Shown here in pieces: positions 26,083-40,623 of a stretch of 64,000 nt of DNA (position 1 is the first letter of the stretch; the number at the start of each line of letters is the position of its first letter). The stretch comes from Botryllus schlosseri (Eukaryota), in NCBI GenBank assembly GCA_051294905.1, contig CM119371.1, forward strand, positions 21,702,001-21,766,000, read 5' to 3'. A program made the translations under genes and the position numbers. Below the pieces are notes generated by a model. That model searched no databases, was not told the origin of the DNA, and saw only the letters and a program-made list of their open reading frames with translations.

Positions 26083-28559
26083 GCCTACAGCTTTCCGGAT
26101 TTATGTAGTCTATTTGACTTGCAGTTGTCTTGGTATACTATTATGTCATGCTGCATCCAATAATGAATCTAAATAGGTGGGTCTTGACCAAAGCTGTGGA
26201 GTCGGAGTCGAAGTCGGTGTCCAACTTATTTATCATGAAAATATTTGCTTTTAAAGGTATCTTTAAAGGTATCTTTAAATGATAACTGATAACTATATTA
26301 GGATTTTTATGTACCATCAATTACTGTTATTAGTAACGATACAGATCAGGGGTGGCCGAACCGTGCCCCGCAGGCCAAATGTGGCCCGCGAGCAGGTTTT
26401 GTGTAGCCTGCGAGGTAATTCTCGAAATTATATATAACATCAGGTAAAATTGCAAGGCCAACCAAAATTGAATTATAGCTTGACCGCGAAATTTGATAAT
26501 TACTAGAACATCAGCAGTTGCGATGCATTGGCGTAACCAGGGGCCAGCCACATTCTTCGCAGTTCTTCGTATATGACCATAAAGTAGAATATTTCGTAGC
26601 TGAATCATTGGACTTGGAATTTTTCTCAACACTTCGCATGATTTATTGTTACATTTCTTGCATTTAGTATTCGAAACCCTCCTGGAAATTATAAATACAC
26701 GTAATTTACAGAATTGAGTAGGGGAGACCCGAAACAAATGCAACTAGGGGCAAATGTAACAGTCGACCTCACCGCTAGTAGGGTGGAGATATCGCCTTGA
26801 TATTTCAAGTGCGCATACGGTAGTTATCTTTCCTAATATACCTGAAGTTACGTTGAGCTTAGACGCGAAACCCCGGAATAATTTGAAAAAAACGAAATTT
26901 TGGACCCTTGAGTAAATATTTTCTAGAATATCTGGATTAATTTGTTTAGACGAATAGTACCTTAAGTGGTTACAACGTAAGATATGTAGCTGGGACAATA
27001 TTACCATAGTCTACAGCGACGATAAAAAAAACCAGGACTTGCATCGTCGGGAAGGTACAATACTGAGACACTAATCATGCTCGAGTGTGTCAGGAGCAAT
27101 TGTAACAGTCTGTAAATTTTTATCCACCTAATACAGTCTCGCATCAATGAAACACAATTTTCAGAAGATGATGAAAATCATCCGATAAATTTATATATGA
27201 CACAATAAATTATATATCTGTCTTCTCTTTCACAATCCTCAGTTCATTACTATTGATTCATTATAGAGTCGATATATTTCCAAGCCCGCAAGACGTTAGT
27301 TTACCGAAAATTGGTGAGCGATATCAACGCCGAAGCTATCGCGTGAAATTCTCGTGCCGTCCCTGACGGTAGTGGGGTAGATCAGTATGGGTAGGTCAGT
27401 ATGGCAACCATTGTCATTCTGTGACCTCCGTGATACATAGCTGGTTACATGCTGGGTGTTGTTTGCTCTTTTTATCCATGTTATTATCGGTGGCGAGTAA
27501 GGTAGGCTAGTAGTACGCTCCACAGCTGTAACACCAATGAATTCCTCGCCGATTGGACATTTCTATTCCAGGAGTTCTTAACCAGGGTCGGTAGACCCTA
27601 TCGTGGTGCGAAGCACCACATGAGGGTGTACGAGAAGCATTGTGGAATTAGACCTATATGCTGTGTAATATTTTCTTGGCCAATTTATTTGAAAGGAAAA
27701 TAGTCTTCGCGTTATGCGCGATTTTATGTGAATGGGGTTTCTGATTTTAATATTGGTACCATCAAAAATTGTGTTGAAAATGGACAGGGGCTATGAGAAA
27801 TCTTATTGGAGGCACAAGGGGTGCGATTGCTAAAAAGGTTAGGAAGCAATGCTATTACTATGGATCAACAATGAATATATCTAAGTTGTTATCGATATGT
27901 TCCAATAATATTCGTAGGCAATATCAATAAACCTGATTTAATTTGGCATTGGCAATGACAGTAACAATAGCCTATAGCCTACTTGTCACGCCGATATATA
28001 AACCAGGATTAAGCTACACCTCTCAAATGCTCTGATATCAGACCAATCTTCAGTAGATTTTTTAATATTCTGCATATAATTGTGGCACGTCAAAGGTCCA
28101 CTAGCTGCAATATTATAACGCGATGGTTTTACGTTGTCACGATGCATCCTCCCGCATGATGTCTATAACTCATTAATTCAAAAAATTATGCCAGGCACAG
28201 AAATAATTTTCTTCAAATATTTGAAAATGTGATTTTGCCGTGTAAAGTGTGAACAGTAGCCTACAACAGTAAATTATTTCCACGATGTTCGTGGGATGCC
28301 TGTCTGCAAGGCCCCGTAAAAATAGGCCTACTTTGAAATTATACATTGAATATCCCTATTATTGATGCAGTGTCCTGCGGCGTCATCAAAAACTAGGAAA
28401 TTGGCCCGCGAACACATTTGAGTTTGAGGCCTCTGCAGTCTAATATGTATGAATCATTCAAACATGATACATATCTCATCCTGTATCATTTAAATGTGGA
28501 GAAACATAATATAAGTGTAGCACTTTTGCATGAGTTGGCAACTAATACAAATATGTAAT

Positions 28560-28915
28560 TGGTGATCGAGGACAGTAAGAAAATCAGCAAGTGTAGGGAA
28601 AAAGAGATTATGGCAATGGAAAGGAATAATGGGCGTTTTTCGATCGCGTTGGACGAATCAACTTTTACGCGAAAAAGACGGTACATGAATTTAAACGTTC
28701 AGTATCCGGATGGCTTTCGATCGCTGAGTTTCATTCGTATTCACGGGAGCATGTATTTGCGTCAATATTACAAGGGATAAATGGGGTTTGTGTAACTTGT
28801 ATGCGTATTTTATTACTTTGCTAATCCAGGGAAATCCCGGGATTGAGAAGCAAAAATCCCGGTAAATCTCGATCCCGCGATTCCAGATTTTATCCCGAAG
28901 TCTTAACCCGACTTT
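28560..28915 (+). mobile_element. hAT-like transposase fragment and subterminal AATCCCGG repeats
   Basis: FSIALDESTFTRKRRYMNLNV...IRIHGSM resembles the first catalytic Asp region of hAT transposases. Confidence 0.55.
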
Positions 28916-29744
28916 AAACTGCTGAAGGGCACTGCGTTTTGGTTGATCACAAATTAATTATACCGTGATCAGAGGTTTTTGCGAAAGCAGGATTCGGTGC
29001 GCTGATCCGGTATGGTATCTTTCAATATCATGACAATGCCTGGTAATTCCCGATTCTCGAATCGCTTCGCGAACAATTTTTCTTAGATAGATTCACTACA
29101 GAGGCTTAAAGTATTCTCGCAGCTACTGTAAAATAAGGGTTTCGACTTGGGTTAAATTGATTTGTAAATCCAAACATTATAATTTCCGTGTGGACATTTG
29201 CCAAATAAGCATTTGCAAACCCAGTACTCAACACCATGAGAAAGCTTGGAATCTGCTCAAAGTTAATATTAACTCGAATTCTGGAAAACAGTGATGTATA
29301 ATATACGGCCCTATAAAAACAGCAAACATGCACTACGTTACCGATTTACTTAGTCATGAATTACGCCCTCCTAAATTTAGATGGAATCTACAAAGCGTCA
29401 TTGTTTTCAATTGTTCAAATATCTTGATGAATATATTTTCACCACCATATAAAGACACCAAATGACGAAGTTGAATGCTACGAAGAAAAACGCAAAGTTC
29501 AAAAATCGTTGCAGGCAAGCCATACGCTGATGTGAGATTCCTGTCTAATTCATGCTCAACATACAACAAAACAGAATTTTATTTAGTTTCGTTCAGTCTA
29601 TTATCTAAGACAATATTATCGGATCTACAGATAGAACTGACGAAGGATGATGACTTTGAAGATATTGGGCACGTAATTTTACGTGTTAAGTCATGTGTAT
29701 GCTACTTGAATTAGATGGATACTATGCAATGTTATCAAATTCTC

Positions 29745-30170
29745 TACATATTTGATATCTTGCAGATGCAACAGCAAACGATAAATTGTATTGCTCGATG
29801 ACTCGAGATACCATAAATGTGTCTCGGCCCGTTTACCTTTCGAAAAAATGTATCGTTAGTCAGTCTGCCAGTGGATCTATTTATGAGCAAACGTATAAAT
29901 TAAAGTATGGACCACTCAGATATTCCATTTCACACGGCGAATATCCTCAAATCGATTCCATGAAAGCCTTTAATAATACCTCCGTTTGTGACATGGAAGG
30001 CTTCTGTATAAATCGACATTTCGCTTCGAAAGCGATGTTTCAGTGACGATTCATTTGTGACAATAACCCAGTTTGAAATCACTAAAATTAAAGAAACGTT
30101 AATATTAGGTAGCTTAGTACTTAACTCGAAGCAGGATTATCGAATTTGAACTGGCCACTGTGATTTGTAG
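29745..30170 (+). pseudogene. Degenerate exon-like segment, paralogous to about 53105-53470
   Basis: TTGCAG acceptor at 29765, about 90 open codons then stops; colinear diverged similarity to 53105-53470. Confidence 0.35.
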
Positions 30171-33100
30171 TAAGTAGGCTATACGAGAGAGAACTTGTCC
30201 ATATGATCCCGGGTTGTTAAATATACTTGCTCAGCGAAGTAATATGCCGAGGTGGTCACTGGTCAATAATGAAGTAGGGCTACTACTGCTTTTTAAAGTA
30301 CTTAATTAGTTTCTCTCTACTTGCAGTACTTGTTCAAACTCTTCTATTTAGTCATATTTTGTGACTTACTGACTAACATTTATATAACTTACAGTTTGTA
30401 ATTGGAAGTATTATGTACTTCCAATAAGAGAGAGTGCGACCAAAGCGGAGCAGAATGGACACCGTTTTCGCGCCGCGAAATACATATGAATTAACCCATA
30501 TCTTTCCACGAAAGTCTCAGTTAATATAATTTATTATAGAGGTTGTTTGGTTCATTTGCACAATTTCAGGCGGTGACAGTTTGATCACAGTATAAAGACC
30601 AGCAAAACGTTTGCAAATATACGATCTACCGTATTTTCAGTTGAATTTCTAATCGCTCCCTGCGTTAATCTATAGTGTCCGATTCGATTTCTCCCTATCG
30701 TTCATCCTTTTAACTATACAGGCCTTGTAATAAGAAATGGTGCAGTACCGTACATTTTCAGAAAGGATAAATCGCGAAACGAAAACAAGGCCCAAGGCCG
30801 CACAGACGGGCCAAGCCTGTCCTTCGACAACACAATTCATCTGAAATAGCTTTGAAATTATTGTATCTGATATTAACCGAATGTAGCTAACGATTCCGAA
30901 ATTTAAATACTGTTCGACTTCTCAATTCTCAAGAAAAATTCGGTGGTAACATATAACGTTGCGCTACATACCTACATTTTATCGCGGGGGGACATGTGGT
31001 ACCGATGAGACACTGGGACCAGAAATGCTCGAAAAATTCTCTGTGATAATCCCATGATTACAGTACGCAGCTTTGTCTACAATGGCATGCTTGCAAAATC
31101 TTTCCTCACATGCAAAAAAACTTGTACCTGCGTGAGGTATGGGGTCTGTGACAAATGATTTACGTTTTAGGGGGTGCAAAGTAAATTTGGATCGACCAGA
31201 CTAACAAACCCGCAACAATTTTTGATATGAATAATAGGGTTTGTACCAGGGTATAGAATGGCACTTCGATTGGACTATTTTCAATTCAAATACAATATTT
31301 ATATGGTGCGGGAGCTATGGTACCATTGCCAAATCAAGCAAAATAGTTGGACCATCTAATCACTTAACAACAAAAACACGCCTACATATACAGAGGCTGT
31401 AATCAGTGGTTCCCAAACTCTTTCGGTGTAAGGGCCAAATTTGGAATGTCAGAGTACGGTCGGGGCCGCACGAATACTACGGCTATGAAACGGACCCCAA
31501 CATGCATCATGGCTATTTCGGAGTAGTTTTATTGCCCTGGAGATATTTCAAAACTGTACACTGTTTAGTGTTTACTGCTACTTATCTGCTGCGTTGGGTG
31601 TCCGTTGAGTGAAGTTGAGTGAGTAATTATACATCTCCGGGGGCATAGCCGTTGGCAGAAACGTAACAGCACTTCGTCAGGACCCCGGGCTCCCATAGGG
31701 TGATAAACTGACCCCGCATCACGTTGTTCGCGTTTGCCGCGAACTTAAAGTTGTACTGTTTAGTGAGACAGCGCGACGCGCGAATATGTCGATAATTCAT
31801 GATAAAATCAGTGAATAAGATCGGGAATTGCATGCTTGTCCTCTTCGCCCACGTAACCAGATTTACCGGTAAAGCTGAGTAAGAGGTATTTTTGAAACTG
31901 CAGACCCCGTAAAATTAAGCATCTTCGGGTGGGCCCCTGGATATGACTTCTTCATATGACGTTATTTCATGACCCCCTGTCTGCTATATCAAAAATGTAG
32001 GATTGCCTAAACCTACTAAACTGAAAGATCACACATGGTACATGGCCTAAATCTTTATATGTCTTGGTGCGTTGTGGTGCGGTCATGGCCAACGCTGATA
32101 TGCCAATTTCTGTAAATCTTGCGTATTTTATTTTGGGGAAGAGTACCAAATAATCAAGATATGTGACGAATTGTACAGCGATAAAAAATTTTGAATAAGT
32201 TGCATAAATTTTCAAAAAATACCTTATAGTTTATCCTAATTCACTAAATAATTTTGGGCCCCCTTCAAGCTCGGCCCTCCTCAATTGGGGGGTTTGGGGT
32301 GGGGCAGTTACGGCCCTGACTATATAGGACTACCAATTATGCTGCTTTTAGCCAGCCAAGCAGTATGCATCTCGTCGTATATTCGACCGAGAGCCACGTG
32401 TTGCACATCTAGCTATCAGAGAGTTACCATACATCCCCTTTTAAGATGATTTGTCTTTTTTTAAATATTTTTTTAAAGTGTCCTCGGAGGTCGCCAAAAT
32501 GTCTTCTGTTTGGGATTTTGTATTCTTTTTTAGGATTTTGGTTACATATAGGGCCAAATTCGAATGATATACATTACATACTAGTCGGCACTGTAGGAAC
32601 ATTACGGCGGCTAGTTCGGGAGCTGGACCGGAAAGTTGACCTTTTTTCCCGGTCAACCCCTGTTAATGTGAAAGAAAAACTAAAACTGTATTTTCCGGGA
32701 GTTGAGCCTATTTTTCTTTTTGGTCAAGCGACCACGAAGTGGGGAATATTCGCCCTTTTTTCAGGATTTTCCTCTAGTATTGGAAGTTATAAATATCTAT
32801 TTATATCTATAGCTACTGCTCGTTCAACTGGAAAGTTAGGGCAGATTGCATTGAAACAGCAGTGACGTAACGTTAGCAGTCTATACTCACAACTTTCCTT
32901 CAATTCTATAATTAAAAACTACTGAGGCCAAGCCAAGCAAGAGTATTTTATAAATATTAATTTTATTTTTTTGTCATAAATCGATTTCCTAATATATTTT
33001 GGGGGCCACGCTTGGGAATCACTGCCTAAGAGAATATCGTCGAGATTATCGAGCTCTGCTTCTGCTCGACACTGCTTAGATTTCATACCAGCCTGATATC

Positions 33101-34169
33101 GAACACCTTGCAGCCCACTTGGATATGCATCGTTTCATCACACAGTGAAAAACTTCATTCGATATATCCCACATTTCATTGTTACATCATAAATCCGCAT
33201 TTTTTAAATTTTGGTGTTGCGGCTCTTTTCAAGCTAAGATTTTGGATATGCCGCTCGCCCATGAAGCGGGTCTGTCACCCCTGCTAAATAGGCTTAATTT
33301 TGAATTTGGATTGAGCATACGACGTAAGTATGCTACGTGATCACCGTACATCAGGGGTGGCCAACCTCTTTGCTACTCACAGTCGCATTTCGACTACTCG
33401 TGTAGCCTACGGCCGCATTCCATGGCATATTGTCGTAATGAACTGGCTGAACGCCAAATACCCAGCTTAAAGTGTCTGTGGCAATTTCTAATGAAGCCAA
33501 GACTGATCTATTCAAGCATATAGCCTTAATATACGCAGTACGCACCCAAATCGCGAGTGGCCACTGCATGGTCATTCGATGGTACAGTAGATAGTCGCGC
33601 TATGCGCGAAAAACTTTTCAGGTCCACTAATGAATTTCGTCATCAATATTAGTAATTTTACGTATTACTATGAAACATGTATCCTTTCTCAATCGATGTG
33701 ATCTGATTCGCCGGTAAGGTTGACAGAGGGGGTGTTGTTGAAAATTTAGGGCAAGTTATGATTGCTGGATGCACCTTCGGGGGGGGGGGGGGGCAAATCG
33801 TTATTAGTCACTTTGTTGGATGCTGTTATTTCTTGACCTACCGTTACGATTGTCGGTATAGCGAGGAACACGCGATTTAGAGTGGGTATCAGAGCGGGCC
33901 GATCAGAATCGCGTCGCGGCCCGTAAAATGCCCAGGTGCGACCATTAGGGTTATGAATATATGTACTGGTATTCTCTGATCTGTGATTCAGGCTCGTCTT
34001 GCCACTCAGGTTTCTGTAAGAATTACGCGGATCGAATTTTATCGAAATTTAGTTTAGTACCAATTGTACGATATGCCTTCCACGATACGCCACAGGTACT
34101 TTAACTTGGGATTAAACAGCTGGGTTTCGTGAAGCTAAACAGCAACGTCACGTTTTGTCGATGATGTAA

Positions 34170-34500
34170 TGTCGTCGTCGAGCATGTTCGCATTCAAGCC
34201 GAAATACAAGCAATTTTTTCTAAATGAATACTAGCCAGCCTTCAGGATTAAAGGACCACGACCTAACATCAACCTCGCCCTCTGCCACATGCCACCTCAT
34301 TTTGTTGCTTGCGTCTTATATTATCTGCTTTACTTTTCATTCTGTGTGCATTCCTCTTCTTTACTTCGCCTAGGCTGATGGGGGGGGGTGTCTGATCTTA
34401 AAGGCTACTTCAAGTTGTTTCGACACCTTCCTATCTTTTCATTGTATCGCAGTCTTGTGATGCTTTGAAATGATGAAAATAAACTGATTGATTGATTGAC
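34170..34500 (+). mobile_element. 3' end of a CR1/L2-type LINE
   Basis: ORF2-like terminus FAFKPKYKQFFLNEY*, AATAAA followed by a (TGAT)n tail, flanking TGATGTAA duplication. Confidence 0.55.
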
Positions 34501-35039
34501 TGATGTAAGCTTATAACAAACAACACCGTCAAGAACGGACAAATATCAGATTCGGCACTGTAAAATCAGGTGACGAAATGATTACGTGTGATCAACAAAA
34601 TTCATTCCCCGTATTTGGAGCTCATCAGGTCGCAATGTATCAGTCACACATTCTTCAGTGGTATGAGCGCCCTTTGCCGATTTATGGCAACGCATCTCAG
34701 GATGGAAGACTTTTACCTCGTGGAAGAATTCGAAGATTTTATGCACATGGTTTCGAGTGATGCGTAAACCTTAAAGATGTCGAAAATCATCGCCACTTGA
34801 GTGAGATATAAGAAGTAGACAAGATTGACTTGAGTATTCCTCGGGCGTAGTCAAGTAGTACTTAGTTACTAACCCCTCATTACACATTGATTAGTTTATT
34901 GGTCTCGTGTACACGGCCGATTATAAGCGTGGCCGTGAGAAAAAATAGAGCGGGGAGGAAGAACGAAAATGGGCTTCATGAACACACTGACGCATCATAA
35001 GAAGGGTACATTTTAGTGTTCAAGTGGAAATATTTGAAG

Positions 35040-36460
35040 TGGAGTTCGACCGATTATCGACCTGGCCGATTATCGAGGCCGATATTTGGAACCTTCCCAA
35101 TTATCGATATCGGCCAATGGAGGCCGATATCATGGCCGATATTAGACATGTGAAAATATTCAAAAATATTGGAAATTCAATGCTCCGCGTCTTCAATCTC
35201 AAGAAATCGACGACGCAAAGGGCGATACGTGACAGATTTACTCTTGCGGGACGAGTGTAACTGGGTGAGCTTGCCGAGGAATAGTGACGTGCGGTTCAAT
35301 GAGGCAGGTGTGGCAGTGTCAGGGCGAGTAAGTGAAAATTGTGAAAACCCTCAATGAGGCGATAATTATTGATATTTTACATCGTTGTTCATAAATAACT
35401 AAATTTGAACATTTTCACACAACATCATCAATTTGCATAATTATTATTCAAAAATACAGCGCGAAAGTAGAGTTGAGGCACAGGTGAGGCACAAGCGGGT
35501 CGTCTTGCGACAATGCAATTCATCATAAATAGCTTGGAATTCATAACAACTGCTATCAATCAAATGCTATCGTCACACTGATTCCGAAGATCCAAATTTT
35601 GCGAGTGTCAGACCACCAGAACCCCCTCAAAATCGCCAAGCAAAAAGACATTCGGCTTTATTACAGACAATACCATCGCGGAGAAACAATAGCCAGAGGC
35701 TCATGCACTATTCGGTAACAATTGGCAGCGCAGTGAAACGCGCTATCGATTTCGGGATACAACAGTCTTGTAGAAATTATATATTAGCGACGGCGTTGAA
35801 TTGTGGTATCTGATAGCTACTTGCATAGACTACATCGTTGTTGCTCTATGCTTCGAATAATTTATACCGGTACTTGAAAAGATAGTACTTGTTATCTTCT
35901 AAGCTTGCCCATATAGGACAATAGCGACCAGTCCTACATATATTATATAATGTGGAACTGCAACGGCTATCAGTGTTCAAAGAAAATGCTCTCTATAGCC
36001 GCTGCCATTGTTATTCACATTTTGGATCTCTTTATCAGGTAGGCTACGTGCGTGCGTGTTTGTGTGTGTGTGGGGGGGGGTCCGTACCTAACCAGCCATG
36101 AACCTCACCGCACGTCACTGCCGAGGAACTATGCATCCTGATTTACAATTTACCTCTACTGGACTGATCTGGAATTTTGTATCACATTTTGATTTTCGGG
36201 TATCATACATTTCAATGAATGTGCTGTGCATTGTGCACAATTAAGCAGTAATTCTTTTTAATTTCGGTGTCCTATTTGTTGTTCGACTTTCTGGAGTATT
36301 TGTACAAGTATCATCTTGCCTAATATACAATATTTTTGGTGAAATGGTTCTCTGTCCTTCCATATTAATATCGGGCTATAATATCGGTTATCGGCCTTGT
36401 GAGTGTATCGATAACCGCGATCGGGATCGGCCTGAAAAAATCAATATCGGCTGATCCCTA
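35040..36460. mobile_element. Non-autonomous hAT-like element with CCGAT/ATCGG subterminal repeats
   Basis: Degenerate TIRs; TSD ATTTGAAG / ATTTGGAG (7/8). Confidence 0.7.
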
Positions 36461-37066
36461 ATTTGGAGGCTAGGGTGCATATTGTTGGCCGTGCCGGTGC
36501 TCATGAGCAAGTGATAATATCTGATATCCGCCCAAAACAGTCTCGCTTTGAGTTAAAGACAATGTGGACGGTATGATGATAAGGTTCTGTTTCCCTCTCA
36601 TAATTCTCAGCTAATTAGTGTTGATTCATTATAAAGTGGAGATATTTTCAAGTCCAAGAATTAGTTAAAGAAATCTACGTCGACGCTATACCGTGAAGTT
36701 ATCGCATCTTCTTTGCCCGCATCAATTTCATTTGCAATGCTCTTCTAGCAGTCGTTGCTGAATGTTACTGAAGAGGACGCAGAAGTATAACTGTAAATTT
36801 CTAATCATTTATAAGTAGAGGTAGTGGTGATAAAATCATGTAAAGGCAACTCGAAATGGAATCACAAGGGACTATATAAAATTTGCTCAAGTATAAGTAG
36901 TTCAAAAAGTAGATCGCAAGGTCACTTACTTTCAACGAAATTGCAGCTAGGGTGCACCGTCGCGACTTACGCACCACAACAAATAACGCACCACAACAAA
37001 TGCGTAGTAAATAATGGGTTCGTGGTACATAACTTGAATACAGCTTTCTATACAACATCCATTGTA

Positions 37067-37650
37067 GTAGGATTGGGGAAGGGGGATATTAGGGTTGGGG
37101 AGAGGGGGATATTAGGGTTGGGAATAGGGGGACACTAGGGTTAGGGGGTGTTAGTGTTGGAGGGGGATATTTGGGTGGAGGTTGGAGGAGGCGGGATTAG
37201 GGTTTGGGTGAGAGACATGATAACCAGCCCTAATGCTCCACCCTCTCCCAATCATGCCACACCCCAACCCTAATCTAGGATACCCTAACCTGAACTTTGA
37301 CCCTAACCCACCTCTAACAGTAATATCCCCCTCCAACCCTAATATCCCTCTCCTCCAACCCTAATATCTCCCTCCCCAGCCCTAATGCCGCCCCCCTTTC
37401 CCCAACCCTAATACGCTCAAACCATAATTCTCCCAACCCTATTATCCCCTCTCCATCAACCCTAATATCCCCTCTCATCCAATCCGAGTATCTCCCTCCC
37501 AAGCCCTAATGCCCCCCTCCCTTTCCCCGACCCTAATATGCTCAAACCCTAATTCTCCCAACCCTATTATCCCACTCTCTATCAACCCAATATCTCCTCC
37601 CAACTCTGTGATATCCCCCTAATAACTCCATTACCCAAACCCTAACCCTT
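37067..37650. repeat. Fold-back minisatellite of about 20-nt units containing TTAGGG / CCCTAA
   Basis: G-rich arm GGGGGATATTAGGGTTGG (37067-37211) followed by C-rich arm CCAACCCTAATATCCCC (37225-37650). Confidence 0.85.
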
Positions 37651-37933
37651 CTCTCCAAAGGCAAAGAACAATTTATTTTGATGTTTTTTTATTGGTGTTA
37701 ATTGGAAGCAGTTGTTGGTGTCATGGGGAAACACTAGCTTGTCATGCTCCCAAAACGAAATAAAAACACCTAAACCGTATTTTGCATAAAATTTGGCTAT
37801 CATCAATATTGCAGCAACTTGTTATCACAACTTCAGCACGAGCAGTATAATTATTCTCGTGGCAGTAAAAAGATATCTTTTGGAGGTTAATACAGTGGTG
37901 TATTCATGATCAGTAAAGCGTGCTCTATCGTGG

Positions 37934-38224
37934 GCGCGCGTTCTTCTTGATCCGCGGCTCGGTGTAGATAACGTTGACACGTTAGCGTTACTTAGCGTTA
38001 CTCTTTTACTAAAACAACTAAAACACGACGGCCATGTTCTTCGGAACGTTACTAAAAGCGGCAGCGCCTCCGACGGTGACTTAAAGCTGAATGACCTCCT
38101 GCGGGGACTAAATGCGACTGACACAACAGAGTGCAACACAGCAAGAGTTGACCCATCATGCGAATCAGCGAGGGTAATCGTAATCAATCGGGGCAATAGA
38201 GTAATCAGTGTGCGGTACGCTACA
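37934..38224. repeat. Interspersed repeat copy 1 (possible solo-LTR fragment)
   Basis: Close match to 39978-40244; both end sharply at ...GGTACGCTACA. Confidence 0.7.
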
Positions 38225-39025
38225 AGCCCCCCTGGTTGTTAAAAGCTTTATGATGTTACAGACACAACAGCCAACGATCAAACTACTAAGTGAAGGGGTC
38301 TACCAGCATGACATGGTAGTGATTGCAGACTAAGATACCAATACGAGTACAATTCTAATGGTCTAACGACGAACGAAAGTGTGGTGGGTGTGTGGTAAAC
38401 ATGGTTTATAAGACATATTGAAAGATGAATCAGTTTGCAAAGTAACTAATACAAGTGATGAGGGGAAAGTAAACGAGCATCCACGTTAAATACGGATAAC
38501 AAAGACAAAATCATTCAAGTGACGTGTTGTACGAATAATACGGCCACTGGCATATTAACGAAGCCAATCGGTTGAGGCGTCCTGCGAACAGTCATCGTTC
38601 AAATTGTGAAAAACATTTCAGTGCTGATCAAAACTTGGTGTGAACAGAATAAACTGGGTCGAGTGATTTACGGTGATTACCATTTTAAAAACATGTGTGC
38701 ATAGGCCTAATTGTCTATAATCGTTTGGTACATTTTCAATTCGAATGAAATTCATCTGGGATCTAGCCCAGCCCAGAGAAATAGCGTTTGGATTTACCGG
38801 CGTAGCCAATACTGTCGGAGTGAATAGTGAATAATACTAGAAGAGAGAATCACTAAATGGCGAGCCAACACATTAAAGTGCCATGCACATTATAGAGCTC
38901 CGATGGCGAAAAGTATAGTTAATCGAGTAACAGTTATGGCAGATTTTTCGGAATTGCGCGAATACAAGCGACGTCTAAGACTATGTGGTACGTGAGTATA
39001 AGCATGGGTTGCGAAAGCTTTAGGG

Positions 39026-39599
39026 CAGAGGTCTCAAACACGCGGCCCGCGGGCAGCATGCGGCCCGCCTGAGTATTTTGTGCGGCCCGCGACGACATTT
39101 TAGATTTTCAATAATTTGTCAATATATAAGTGTCTCATATATCTTTTGTGGTTATAAAGTGAAAATTCCCTCTTAATTGCTCCGAAAGCCTGACACTATT
39201 CATCAAACTTCAGTATCACATCAATAGCAAACGCTGCAATGCACTGGAAGATTCACTATCTCGCCACCACATTTCCAATTCATGATGACAAAACCTGACG
39301 ATTCGTGACTGAAATTTGTGAGTTGCACTTGGACCTAGGTTAGTTATTTAAATTAATATATATCAAGTACAATAACAGTTCTATTCAAATAGTTAGGCTC
39401 GCGAAGATTCTTTTCGTGCCAGGCCTAAACTGATACAAGAGTAAATCACATTTTGACGATGTGTGTTTACTGTCAGTCTGCTGGATTACTTTCAATAGGA
39501 CAATTCATTCCCGCCAAATACCCGTATAAATGCTGCGGCCCGCGGCGTCGTCAAAACTGAAAATCTGGCCCGCGAGCACATTTGAGTTTGAGACCTCTG
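39026..39599. mobile_element. hAT MITE
   Basis: TIRs CAGAGGTCTCAAAC / GTTTGAGACCTCTG; TSD CTTTAGGG; a partial copy ends near 28435. Confidence 0.92.
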
Positions 39600-39977
39600 C
39601 TTTAGGGCCTAAGAGATAGCGTCACCGCCAAGATGAATCGATCTTAGTACTATCATATCGCGTGATGATGAACTTTACACAGTTATGGGATATGGGACGT
39701 ATAGTCGTGACTGATTGCGTAAAATAACGATACGCATTAGGCACGACATGCACAATAAATCAGGCATTAGAGTCGATTGAAAAACGGTCAACACACATGG
39801 AACAAATGAATGAATATGCAGCATTGCTATAGGAACGTCTATCAACATCGCGGAGCGGAATTGTTCGACAAGTAGGCCTACACTGACAATGGGTTACCGG
39901 AATCTCTGCATTTCGATTAAACTTCGAGCGTTATTGGCACATCACGTTGACATCGCTGCACGGATTATCTCTGTCGC

Positions 39978-40244
39978 GGCGCGCGTTCTTCTAGGTCCGC
40001 GGCACGGTGTAGATAACGTTGACACGTTAGCGTTCCTCTTTTGCTAAAACAACTAAAACACGACGGCGATGTTCTTCGGACGGTTACTAAAAGCGACTGT
40101 ACCTCCGACGTGACTAAAACCCGACTGACCTCGGGCGGTGACTCAATATAGTGCGACACAGCAAGAGTTGGCCCATCATGCGAATCAGCGAGGGTAATAG
40201 TAATCAATCGAGGCAATAGAGTAATCAGTGAGCGGTACGCTACA
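39978..40244. repeat. Interspersed repeat copy 2 (possible solo-LTR fragment)
   Basis: Close match to 37934-38224. Confidence 0.7.
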
Positions 40245-40623
40245 TTGGGACCTTGGAATCCATTTTAAAAATTCTCAACGTATTTGAGTCGCCTGCTCCG
40301 GAAAAGTAAAAGAACTTCATTATCAGCCATCATTGCTTAGAGTTCATGGAAACATCAGACTACAGGCAGATGACACGCTACGTTGATCACTACTGCTTGC
40401 CCTGTGTTTCCTGTCAATTTATGCGGATTTTTGAACACATCCGAAATATGTCGACCATTCACAGGTCTCACAAGTGCATTATGGAGGTGAGTACGCTTTG
40501 AAGAGTATATAAACGCTACTCAGGGATTTTCGCAAGAAAACCAAAGCGTGAATACATTCCGCACCTGCAACCCATTATCACAGTTCCGACGGAGAATACC
40601 TCGGCTTTAGCAATGCTGACAAG

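Noticed and set aside
37067..37650. True telomere or clean head-to-head telomere fusion
   Set aside because: TTAGGG occurs singly inside longer degenerate units, not as pure tandem hexamers
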